A stretch of 64,000 nucleotides of DNA from a virus. Location of the stretch: IMG/VR virus record IMGVR_UViG_3300020411_004289, positions 42,088 to 106,087 of that record; one strand, written 5' to 3'. The first letter of the stretch is position 1. Each line of letters starts with the position of its first letter. A program made the translations under genes and the position numbers. Positions 40,645 to 50,000 of this stretch are shown here, piece after piece. The notes beneath the pieces are model-generated. The model saw nothing but the letters and a program-made list of their open reading frames with translations. It had not been told where the DNA came from and made no database searches.

Positions 40645-42549
40645 ATGTCTAAGTCATTTTCATTGAACCAGCTGACCGAAGGTATTCGCCAGAGAAATCT
40701 GGGAGGCCAGAACAAGCAGTTGGTAGAGAAGTGGTCCCGAACAGGACTTCTTCGTGGTTTGAACGGTGTTCACCGTGAGAACATGGCACGTCTCCTGGAA
40801 AACCAGGCAGGCCAGGTTCTTAAGGAGGCATCTTCAGTTTCAACCGGTGGCGGAAACCTGGCATCGTCAGGCGACCTTCGCGGTTTTACTAATATTGCTT
40901 TCCCAATCGTTCGCCGAGTTTTCGGTGGATTGATTGCAAACGAGCTTGTATCGATCCAGCCGATGAGCCTTCCTTCCGGACTGCTCTTCTACTTGGATTA
41001 CACATACGGATCACAGGTGGGTGGAGTAAATGATTCACGTCCATACACCACCGGATCATCAATTTATAATGCACCTACTGGTAAGGGTGTACGCTCTGGT
41101 TCACTAGCAGTTGGCGGTCAGTATGACCTAGCTGGTACGGGCTATACACGTGTACACGACTCAGTTGCATTCACTGCAACCTCACAGCTACTTCTTTCTG
41201 GTGCGGTTCGTGGAACGAACAACGCAATGACAGCCGGTTCGGTCGCTGAAGCAACAGGATCTGATGGTAAACTTCTACAGTTCGACCCACAGATTGCAGG
41301 CGCGATTGAAGGGAATACAACCCCGGGTGGCAACGCCGGCCCTGGAGTTTACTCTTTTGTTGTTATCGAGACTGACTCTCTTACTAACATCGACAAGACG
41401 ATGATTAAGGAAGTTGCTCTTGTTCCAGACGTAGCAGGAACTCTTCCTTCTGGATTGGCCGTTATCGGAGACGATACCAATGGAAACAAGATCCAGGATG
41501 GAGACAACCTTCTTAACGTGCGACGCCTTAACAGACTAGGTACTGTTTCAGGTAACTCATGGACGTCAGCTCCGCTTGCAGACATCAGCGATGCCAATAC
41601 AGGAATTCTGATGGTTGTTTCAGGTGCAATCGAAGGCTCGACTGCTGAAGTAGCGAAATTAACAGTTTCGTTCCCAGTAGAGGCTAGCCTCAACAGTGGA
41701 ACTGGAGATACTCTTGTAATTCCGGCTTTCGAATCGGATTTTGCAACGTCACCATCGCCGAATATTCCAGAAATCGACATCAAGATCGAGGCCATTGCGG
41801 TCGTAGCCAATACTCGTAAGCTACGTGCCAAGTGGTCACCAGAACTCGCTCAGGATCTTAACGCTTATCACAGCTTGGACGCTGAGGTGGAGCTCACACA
41901 GATCCTCTCCGAGCAGATTGCTCTAGAGATTGACCGCGAGATTCTTAACGATCTTCTCATGCAGGGTAACGCTGCTAACTACTTCTGGTCACGTGCACCT
42001 GGTAAGTTCGTCAACAAGGAGACGGGATCTGAGGTTCTAGCTTCGGGTACCAACGCTCCTGGACCTGCTTTCCGTGGAACAGTTCGTGAGTGGTATGAGA
42101 CTCTTGTTGAGACTTGCATCGATGTGGGTAACCAGATCCATCGCAAGACGCTGAGAGGATCAGCTAACTTCGTCGTGGTAGGACCTGACGTTGCTACGAT
42201 TCTTGAAGCTTCAGTCTTCTACAAGCCTTCCTACACTCTCGATGGTGATGGACAGGTTGGCGCTCCGATGGTTATCGGTGCCGAGAAGGTTGGAACTCTC
42301 AGCAACCGCTTTACGGTTTACAAGGATCCTTACTTCCCAAGAAATAAGGTTCTTGTTGGCTACAAGGGCGGAAGCTACCTTGAGACAGGATACGTCTACG
42401 CACCTTACGTGCCGCTGATCGTAACACCTACTATCTTCGCTCCTGAGGACTTCACCCCGAGAAAGGGTGTCATGACTCGCTACGGAAAGAAGATGGTTCG
42501 TTCCGACTTCTACGGTACAGTTACATGCTTGGACATGAACGTCATCTAA
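40645..42549 (+). CDS. gp23: Major capsid protein (T4 gp23-like)
   Basis: LVEKW, ARLLENQ, FPIVRRV, SIQPMSLPSGLLFYL, TRKLRAKWSPELAQDL, EIDREI, YAPYVPL, FTPRKGVMTRYG. Predicted maturation site VLKE61|A. SD AAGGAG. Confidence 0.95.
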   Translation: MSKSFSLNQLTEGIRQRNLGGQNKQLVEKWSRTGLLRGLNGVHRENMARLLENQAGQVLKEASSVSTGGGNLASSGDLRGFTNIAFPIVRRVFGGLIANELVSIQPMSLPSGLLFYLDYTYGSQVGGVNDSRPYTTGSSIYNAPTGKGVRSGSLAVGGQYDLAGTGYTRVHDSVAFTATSQLLLSGAVRGTNNAMTAGSVAEATGSDGKLLQFDPQIAGAIEGNTTPGGNAGPGVYSFVVIETDSLTNIDKTMIKEVALVPDVAGTLPSGLAVIGDDTNGNKIQDGDNLLNVRRLNRLGTVSGNSWTSAPLADISDANTGILMVVSGAIEGSTAEVAKLTVSFPVEASLNSGTGDTLVIPAFESDFATSPSPNIPEIDIKIEAIAVVANTRKLRAKWSPELAQDLNAYHSLDAEVELTQILSEQIALEIDREILNDLLMQGNAANYFWSRAPGKFVNKETGSEVLASGTNAPGPAFRGTVREWYETLVETCIDVGNQIHRKTLRGSANFVVVGPDVATILEASVFYKPSYTLDGDGQVGAPMVIGAEKVGTLSNRFTVYKDPYFPRNKVLVGYKGGSYLETGYVYAPYVPLIVTPTIFAPEDFTPRKGVMTRYGKKMVRSDFYGTVTCLDMNVI

Positions 42550-42580
42550 TCACTTGATTAGCCGATCTTAGGATCAAACT

Positions 42581-42613
42581 AAGGCGCCTTGGATTTTCCA
42601 AGGCGCCTTTTTT
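42581..42613 (+). terminator. Rho-independent terminator after the MCP
   Basis: 13-bp perfect stem AAGGCGCCTTGGA-TTT-TCCAAGGCGCCTT followed by a T tract. Confidence 0.9.
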
Positions 42614-42763
42614 ATTTTCAAATAACTTTTTTTTGTGTCTTTGAATCAATCTGTGTATTCATCTGTGGACTTGTGCATACATCTTTAAGGGATTGCCTAA
42701 GCAAACAACTTAAATGCTTTAGAAGTTATGTAGATAATCTCTTCGATTATATACTTGTGAGAC

Positions 42764-42770
42764 ATATTTA
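42764..42770 (+). promoter_or_regulatory. Putative late promoter motif (GAC-ATATTTA)
   Basis: Follows the MCP terminator. Lies 6 nt before ATG 42777, with no SD. Confidence 0.6.
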
Positions 42771-42776
42771 TAGATC

Positions 42777-43328
42777 ATGAGTAATAGAAGTTCCCGAGAA
42801 AGTATGACTAGACTCAAAGCTTTAGTTAATGAACTAAGCGATCGAGATGTGCAGCTCAAAAAAGATTTTGAGTTATTCGAAGAGTTTTTTGAAAACTTTC
42901 CAATTCCTGTTACCATGTGGTCAATCACAAAGGAAAAGACGGTTTTATCTCAAAGAGGGAATGGTTTTGCATGTCACAAGGCCAAAGACCTAGAATCCTT
43001 GTTTTTGTGCCCTACAGTTAAGTCTCTCTCCATGGAAAACCATGAAAAAGCTCTTATGGGTGAAAAAGTAGACTACTTCATCAAAACAGATAAAAATGTA
43101 TACTTTGCGAAACTAGTCCCAAGGCTAGATGATAAGGGCGAGATATCAGGAGTATCGGGAATTGCGTGGGATGTAACAAGCAATGCAATCATGTTGGCAT
43201 GTATTGAAAGCATTCATGAATCTACAGTTGGACGAAGAGGTCAGTATAAAGAAATCCATCAGGCTGCAGATAAAGCTCTAGAAGCAAGTCGTCTCCGACG
43301 ATTGCTTGATGAGCACGGAGAAGACTAA
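42777..43328 (+). CDS. Stand-alone PAS/PAC domain protein
   Basis: LFEEFFENFPIPVTMW (PAS entry), HEKALMGE, and FAKLVPRLDDKGEISGVSGIAWDVT (classic PAC ending in DVT). Flanked by helices, with no output domain. Confidence 0.75.
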   Translation: MSNRSSRESMTRLKALVNELSDRDVQLKKDFELFEEFFENFPIPVTMWSITKEKTVLSQRGNGFACHKAKDLESLFLCPTVKSLSMENHEKALMGEKVDYFIKTDKNVYFAKLVPRLDDKGEISGVSGIAWDVTSNAIMLACIESIHESTVGRRGQYKEIHQAADKALEASRLRRLLDEHGED

Positions 43329-43657
43329 TGTCAAATGATGGCCAAAATGGCTGGAATGAATATTCTAGGTTGGTTCTCAAAGAGCTAGAGTCACTCAACG
43401 ACAGCATTGAAGGACTCAAGTCAGAGCTTCAAGATGTTAAGCAAGAATTAACAAAGCTTCAAGCTAAAGAAGACAAAGTTGATGAACTGCGGCAATGGAA
43501 AGAAAGAATAGATGATGTTGCTTCACCAACACAAATGCGCGACTTAATAGTTAGTGTAGAAGAGCTTAAAGTTTTTAAAACAAAAGCAATTACGATCTTT
43601 GCAGTTGTTCAATTTGGAATGGCTGCGGCGATGTGGTTGATGAAAATAATGGAGTAA
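43328..43657 (+). CDS. Coiled-coil protein with a single C-terminal transmembrane helix (holin/XhlA-like topology)
   Basis: Heptads LESLNDSIEGLKSELQDVKQELTKL. Hydrophobic tail AITIFAVVQFGMAAAMWLM. TAATG-coupled to the PAS gene. Confidence 0.6.
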   Translation: MSNDGQNGWNEYSRLVLKELESLNDSIEGLKSELQDVKQELTKLQAKEDKVDELRQWKERIDDVASPTQMRDLIVSVEELKVFKTKAITIFAVVQFGMAAAMWLMKIME

Positions 43658-43661
43658 AAAA

Positions 43662-43865
43662 ATGCCAGAAGAAAAAAAGACAACAACAAAAAAGACAACT
43701 AAGACATCTGCAGCAAAAAAAGCCACGCCGAAGTCAACTAAGACAGCTGCTTCTGCTCCTAAGGCTGCAGCACCGGCGCAACCACCTGCTGCTGAGGCAG
43801 TGCCTGTGGCAAAAGCACCGGCCCCTGCTAAAGAAACTCGAGTGCGCAGCCGACGCCGATCTTAG
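43662..43865 (+). CDS. Lys/Ala/Pro-rich basic protein (histone H1-tail-like)
   Basis: SD GGAG. KKTTTKKTTKTSAAKKATPKS...KAPAPAK...RVRSRRRS. Confidence 0.6.
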   Translation: MPEEKKTTTKKTTKTSAAKKATPKSTKTAASAPKAAAPAQPPAAEAVPVAKAPAPAKETRVRSRRRS

Positions 43866-43903
43866 TCAAGCATCATATGATGTTTATGACAAGATCTAAG
43901 TCG

Positions 43904-43910
43904 ATATTTA
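43904..43910 (+). promoter_or_regulatory. Putative late promoter motif (ATATTTA)
   Basis: Intergenic. Upstream of SD GGAG and the neck gene. Confidence 0.55.
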
Positions 43911-43929
43911 GTCATGTTGGAGATTAAGC

Positions 43930-45105
43930 ATGGCTACATTTGCAAATACAACGAGTCCTACACCATTCGGGTTTTTTGACTCTGACGCAGACTTTCAAAC
44001 TGAAGCTGACTCATTAGTCACGTTTGTAAAGAGAAAGTTGGGTGATGATATCCTGAGTGTCGAGTTGACAAAAAAACAGGTCTGGGCATCTTTTGAAGAA
44101 GCATTCTGTGAGTATGGTTCGATAATAAATCAATATCAAGCAAAGTCACAGTTAGCAAATCTTCTAGGTGCAGCAACTGGTTCATTGACCGGAAGTGAAC
44201 AAAGATTTCCTAGAGAGAATTTTGAGTTCATGCTCCGCAGAGCAGAGCCGTATGCAATGGATGCAGGATTAGGAGGGTCATACAATACATTGTCAGGATC
44301 AATTACTGTAAGTAAAAATGTCCAAGACTATGATTTGTATACTGACTTAAAAGATTCCGACGGCAACGCTTTGTTTGATAACGCGGCAAATTCACCAAAG
44401 TCTAGGATGAAAATTTTAGAAGTATTTCACTTTACTCCTTCTAATTCATATAGATTTTTTGATACGTCGAGTGCTATAAACTATCTTGCAAATGAGTTTG
44501 CTTTTGAGTCATACACACCCGAGACTATATTTTATGTTCTTCCTGTATTTGAAGACGTTTTAAGGGGTGGGATGCTAGACATGTCCTCTCGGGTAAGAAG
44601 AAGTAACTATTCGTACAAGATATCTGGCACAAAAATCAGATTCTTTCCAAAACCGACAGGAGATCCAGTTCGCCCAAAAGAGATATGGATACGGGTGGGA
44701 TTCTCACCTGACCCAATGAACCCTGCATATAAAGATGAGTCAATCTACGGTGTGAGTAATCTTTCAAATATCCCGTACGGGAGGCTAACTTATGCCAAGA
44801 TAAACTCTATAGGCCGACAGTGGATTCGACAATATGCACTAGCACTTTCTAAAGAGCTTTTAGGGCAGATTAGGTCAAAATTTAGCAGTGTACCTATCCC
44901 AGGTGCTGATTTGACTCTTAACGGTGCTGACCTAATATCACAAGGCAGAGAAGATCAAACTTCTTTAAAAGAAAAACTAACTACAATGTTAGAAGAGCTA
45001 ACTTACAGCAAAATGTTAGAAGACGAAGCTTCAGCCAGTGAAAATTTAACACGTATTCTCAAGAATATTCCTGTGCCTAACGGCAAAGCGATTGTGATGG
45101 GCTAA
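43930..45105 (+). CDS. Neck protein / head-tail adaptor (T4 gp13-like)
   Basis: KRKLG...VELT..Q and WIRQYALALSKELLGQIRSKF..VPIPG..LTLNG. Confidence 0.8.
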   Translation: MATFANTTSPTPFGFFDSDADFQTEADSLVTFVKRKLGDDILSVELTKKQVWASFEEAFCEYGSIINQYQAKSQLANLLGAATGSLTGSEQRFPRENFEFMLRRAEPYAMDAGLGGSYNTLSGSITVSKNVQDYDLYTDLKDSDGNALFDNAANSPKSRMKILEVFHFTPSNSYRFFDTSSAINYLANEFAFESYTPETIFYVLPVFEDVLRGGMLDMSSRVRRSNYSYKISGTKIRFFPKPTGDPVRPKEIWIRVGFSPDPMNPAYKDESIYGVSNLSNIPYGRLTYAKINSIGRQWIRQYALALSKELLGQIRSKFSSVPIPGADLTLNGADLISQGREDQTSLKEKLTTMLEELTYSKMLEDEASASENLTRILKNIPVPNGKAIVMG

Positions 45106-45106
45106 A

Positions 45107-45790
45107 ATGGCAAGACTATTTATAACCCCTAGAGAGATAGACTTTATTTCAGACATCACTAAAGAAGTGATAAAAGATGTTGTAGGACAAAAGATCTTTT
45201 ATTATCGTGTTAGAGAAGACTTGACAGATATTCATGACGTCTATGAAGAAGCAGAAAACAAAGTTTTTGATCCTCCTGTAGAGATAGAAGCCCGAATCGA
45301 ATGGGAACCTGAAGTAATCACTACTAACAGGTTCGGTGGTGATGAAGCATATACTGTAAATGTTTTTCTCCATGAAAGAGACTTGCTAGATAGAGATATT
45401 AATCCACAAGATGGTGACTTTTTTAGCTATGGCGATACGTTTTTTGAAATAACTAGTGCAGTAATTGAAAGCACTGTGTACGGTCAAATAGAGCACAGTG
45501 TAGGTTTAAAATTAGTAGGAAAGCAGGCAAGAATGGGTCTTATTGATCGCACACCGAACGGACCTACTAGTGAGTCTTATTCTGATCCAGACGCTGTGCA
45601 AGATACTTTTGTACAACAGCGAGGGTTTGAGAGCAATAGATTGGGCGAAACAGGAGATACACGATCTCTGCAAGAAAAGGGAGTACTGACTGAGCCTATA
45701 TCAGGGCCTGCAGAAGTATCTCCAAAGGACGGCTCCGGTCAAAAAAATGAAGTAGGAATTATTGATTCTTCATTCTACGGCGATTCTTAG
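45107..45790 (+). CDS. Neck / head-closure protein (T4 gp14-like)
   Basis: Position after the gp13-like gene. GQKIFYY, DVYEE..NKVF, PQDGDFF..FFEIT. Confidence 0.65.
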   Translation: MARLFITPREIDFISDITKEVIKDVVGQKIFYYRVREDLTDIHDVYEEAENKVFDPPVEIEARIEWEPEVITTNRFGGDEAYTVNVFLHERDLLDRDINPQDGDFFSYGDTFFEITSAVIESTVYGQIEHSVGLKLVGKQARMGLIDRTPNGPTSESYSDPDAVQDTFVQQRGFESNRLGETGDTRSLQEKGVLTEPISGPAEVSPKDGSGQKNEVGIIDSSFYGDS

Positions 45791-45802
45791 AAGGGAAACT
45801 AA

Positions 45803-46993
45803 ATGTCTATAAGAGAAAACAAAGGAAACGCGCCTGAGAATTTTGAAATTCCCAACTGCACCATTGAGGATGTTGACAGGTCTGTGTTTACTTTGTTTGA
45901 TAAACAATTGCCTTTCAATTATAAACACAAAGAGGGTATTAAAAAAGCCCCTGTAATATTTGCAACAGGTGAAAGATTTGCTGTTCTGAGAAGAAAAGAG
46001 CCGTTAAGAGATAAGTCCGGTGCCCTAGTATTACCCTTGATATCAATAATGAGGACAGGCATTAGTCAAGCACCAACAATGGGCGCCGGCACTTCTCAAA
46101 ATGTGCCAATGACAATTAGAAAAAGGCTTTCACCAGAAGATCCAGTCTATCAGAGATTAATCAATAAGTCAGGTATAAAAAACTCTGATGATTTGGTTTC
46201 TAATCTTGCTAAAACAACAGACATAACAGGAAGTATGCCGGGCCGCGTCGCTACCCGACGTGCTAGTCCACCAACCCCTTTATCTACTAGAGAAGGAGAA
46301 GTACTTAATACAACTCTAGGAAATAATATATTTGAAGTTATTACGATGCCTCCTCCAAAGTATTACACAGCAACATATGAGGTTACTTTTTGGGCGCAGT
46401 ATACAACACAAATGAACGATATGATCATGGCAATGATGTCTCTATATCAATCATACTCACAACGATCTTTTAAACTAGAGACACCTAAAGGGTATTGGTT
46501 TGTAGGATATGTTGCCGAGGCACTAACGCCTGGAAATAACTTCGATGACTTTACTGACAGTGAAAGGCTAGTTAGATACTCTTTTGAACTAACAGTACCA
46601 GCCTATATTGTTGGTTCTGCGTATAGAGGTGCAGAAAATAGATTAAGAAAATTTATCTCTGCACCACAGATATCTTTTGATTCTGATGTTTTTACAGATA
46701 GTTATGTACAACAGGCGCCGGCAAACATAGCCTCAGGCGACCCAAAAAGCTATATTTTAGATGATATGAGAACAATAGATAGAAACCTCCCAGGACAAGC
46801 AATCGCAAACACACAAGGAAAAATTGGTGGTATGTCAATTGCAAATGTTGGAGGTACGACAACTGATTCCGACACGGAAGTTTTTGAAATTACAAAAGAT
46901 CCGTTTACGGGAAAGACTATTAGAAAGAAGGTTTTGGTTAAAACAAGACTCCGCCGAAGTGGTGAAACTGTTTTGAAAGAAACCATTGGCTAA
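45803..46993 (+). CDS. Tail terminator / sheath stabiliser (T4 gp15-like)
   Basis: PVIFATGERF, LPLISIMRTG, P.YYTATYEVTFWAQY..QMNDMI, FELTVPAYI. Lies just before the sheath. Confidence 0.7.
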   Translation: MSIRENKGNAPENFEIPNCTIEDVDRSVFTLFDKQLPFNYKHKEGIKKAPVIFATGERFAVLRRKEPLRDKSGALVLPLISIMRTGISQAPTMGAGTSQNVPMTIRKRLSPEDPVYQRLINKSGIKNSDDLVSNLAKTTDITGSMPGRVATRRASPPTPLSTREGEVLNTTLGNNIFEVITMPPPKYYTATYEVTFWAQYTTQMNDMIMAMMSLYQSYSQRSFKLETPKGYWFVGYVAEALTPGNNFDDFTDSERLVRYSFELTVPAYIVGSAYRGAENRLRKFISAPQISFDSDVFTDSYVQQAPANIASGDPKSYILDDMRTIDRNLPGQAIANTQGKIGGMSIANVGGTTTDSDTEVFEITKDPFTGKTIRKKVLVKTRLRRSGETVLKETIG

Positions 46994-47011
46994 CTTTTGA
47001 CTTTGAACTGG

Positions 47012-47018
47012 ATACTTA
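47012..47018 (+). promoter_or_regulatory. Putative late promoter motif (ATACTTA)
   Basis: Intergenic, before sheath 1. Confidence 0.55.
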
Positions 47019-47045
47019 AACAAGGGATAAATCGCTCTAGGAGAT

Positions 47046-50000
47046 ATGATGGCTGAGCAAACATTTAGATCACCTGGCTTTTTTGAGCAGGAAATTGACT
47101 TATCGGCCCGCAAGGTGTCACCGTCCGGAACTCCGGCAGGTGTCATTGGAACAGCGGAAAGGGGACCAGCGTTTGTCCCTGTAACTGTCGGATCATTTGC
47201 CGACTTTGAAACAAAATTTGGATCACTAGATACAAATAGATTCGGACCTTATGCGGTTCGAGAATTCTTAAAACATAGAACGTCGCTAACGTACATGCGT
47301 GTTTTGGGTGCTGGATCAAATGAGACAGCAGCCGAGATTTCAACTACGAATACAGAAGGTACTGTTAAAAATGCAGGCTTTGTTGTAACGGGCTCTGTCA
47401 AGACAGCAGGGACCGACTTAAGAGGACAGGGATGTGTGCAAATACTTGTTGCAGCACATAAGCCGCCGGCTCGCGAAGCTTCAGGTTTCCCATCCTTTAC
47501 AGACAATGATAGCTTCTTTTCTAATAGAGACGCAACATCTGATCAAGTCAATGTGGTCCGGGCCGTCATTCTTACAGCATCTGGAACACAGGTTCAGCTT
47601 CTAGAGCCTAACAAGGCATATAGCTACGACAATACTGTGCTGGATACTGTTGGTGTTGATAGCATTGGAAGGTCACCTCTAACTAGCGCAAAATACTTCA
47701 AGTTATGCATAAGTTCTTCCGCCGGCGCGGCTTTCGGCAACGATGATAACAGCCCGGGCATTAGAATTCTTTCTGCTTCTCTAGATCCTGAAGATGGCAA
47801 CTACATCTCAAAGGTTCTAAACACAGACCCACTCAAGTTTCAGAAAGAGGAGCATCTTCTCTATCTTGACTACGCAGTTGAGCATGACTTAGCACCTGTC
47901 GTTTCTAGTAGTGTGGGTGGATGCGTTGCTTTGCTTTCAGGGTCAGCTAACACTAGCGCAGGCACAAACTCGACGCAAAACTTCAATGCATTGTTCGGAA
48001 GATTTGACACAAGATACACTACGCCTAGAACAACCAGCTTTATCTCGCAGCCATATGGTTTCAAAGAGTTTGATCTATTCCACTTTGAGTCTCTTTCCGA
48101 TGGATCATATGCGAACGATAAGTTTAAGGTTTCAATTGCAAACTTGCGTGCATCAACAGATCCAAACAACAAGTATGGAACTTTTGAAGTACAGATCAGA
48201 TCGTTCTCTGACACAGACACTAATACACAGATTTTAGAGAGGTATCCAGAATGCTCCCTAGATCCTAAGTCTGATCGATACATTGCACGTCAGATTGGTG
48301 ATAAAAAAGTATCATATGATTTCGATCAGGAGGATCCGGACGAGAGACGATTGGTCATTCAGGGCAAGTACCCGAATGTTTCACAGCGTGTTAGAATTAG
48401 AATGAATTCTGCTGTTGAAGATAGAGATATTCCTCAAGATGCGCTTCCGTTTGGTTTCCGGGGTATACCGGTCTTGAAGACATCTGATACATTAACAGAT
48501 AAGACAACGTCAGCACTGGTTGCTGCAAATGGAACCACACTAGGTACAGGCGCAGAACGACGACTCGGCGGTGGCCTAGGCACAGCTCCTGCTGCAGCTC
48601 TTGGAGCGCTCTCTGGTTCTATTGTGCCTCCTCTTCCCTTTAGATTTAAGGTTACACGAGGTGCCATAAGTACTTCTACTGCTCCTTCATTTGTAGGAGA
48701 AGTAGGTACGAACGAAAGAGTAGATGGACGTTTTTACTGGGGTGTTAAGGGAACGAGGGTTCCTCTTACTGGATCACTTTCTAAATCGATTCTGAATACC
48801 AATGTAAGCTCTGTTGCCAATCCTTTGGTAGCTGCTTATACAAAATTCCAAGGAATCGAAAAACTAGACATGCTGGTTTCCGGCTCTGCGCAAGATGAGT
48901 TCAACAATAATAAGTTTACACTAGCTCGCGTAGCTTTCTACAACAAAGACCAAGGAAACGGCCTCTCAGATGTCTTCACAGAGTTTACAGGAAGCTCGCG
49001 TGAGCATATGAAGGAAGCATCTTATATCCGCAACGGAGACCCAGATAAGACGACATACACAGTCGATGACGGGACTTCGTACGGAGATACCAGATTTACA
49101 CTAGCTTCCCTGATCCAGACAAGTTCTGTAATATTCAACAGATTTACAGACTTCGCCAAGTTTACAAACATATTCTATGGCGGTTTCGACGGTGTCAATA
49201 TTCTTGATGAAAATGCTAACTTCTTCAAGGACAAAGCATTGTCAGCTGATGTCGGCGGAGGTGCTCTTGAAGGTGACCCGGATTTAGGACTATCACAGAT
49301 CGGGAGCAAGAATCAGCAGGGTGAAGGAAGAAGAAATAATGCAGTTGCTTCTGTAAGAAGAGCAGCAGAAATTATGACTGATCCAATGTCAGTTAATATT
49401 AATATCCTTGCGATCCCAGGAATCAGAGATACATTCGTATCAGATCATGCGATTGATTTAACAAAAAAATACTCGCAAGCGATCTATCTAATGGATCTCA
49501 TCAAATATGATGAAGACGGAAATCGACTATACGATGACTCTACAGCTCGAGTCGACGTAAGAGAGACTTCTGAAAACTTTGAAGGACGAGCAATTGACAA
49601 TAACTACGGTGCAACGTTCTTCCCAGATGTTTTCATCAATGATCAGGTAAATAATCAAATCGTAAAGGTCCCAGCATCAGTCGCCGCACTAGCTACTCTG
49701 GCGTTTAATGATAAGGTTGCATTCCCATGGTTTGCACCCGCCGGATTTAATCGAGGCGCGCTGGACTTTGTTGTCAATGTTGAAAATAGACTTACGTCAG
49801 GCGACAGAGACACACTTTATGATGCACGAATTAATCCAATTGCTGTTTTCCCACGTGCAGGATTTGTGATCTTCGGACAGAAGACACTACAGATGGCAAA
49901 ATCAGCCCTTGATAGAGTTAATGTTCGCCGCTTGCTTCTAGAAGTAAAGAGGCAGGTTGTTAGAGTAGCGGACAAGATTTTATTTGAACCTAATACATCT

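Noticed and set aside
31099-42549. Introns, inteins or homing endonucleases in terminase, portal or MCP
   Set aside because: The frames are continuous with no intein splice motifs or LAGLIDADG/HNH/GIY-YIG signatures. The extra length is low-complexity or surface insertion.
42589-42780. 63-aa ORF downstream of the MCP
   Set aside because: It starts inside the terminator stem, has no SD, and spans an AT-rich intergenic region.
43633-43899. 88-aa ORF in the track
   Set aside because: It is an alternative frame over the 43662-43865 gene, which has the SD and coherent composition.
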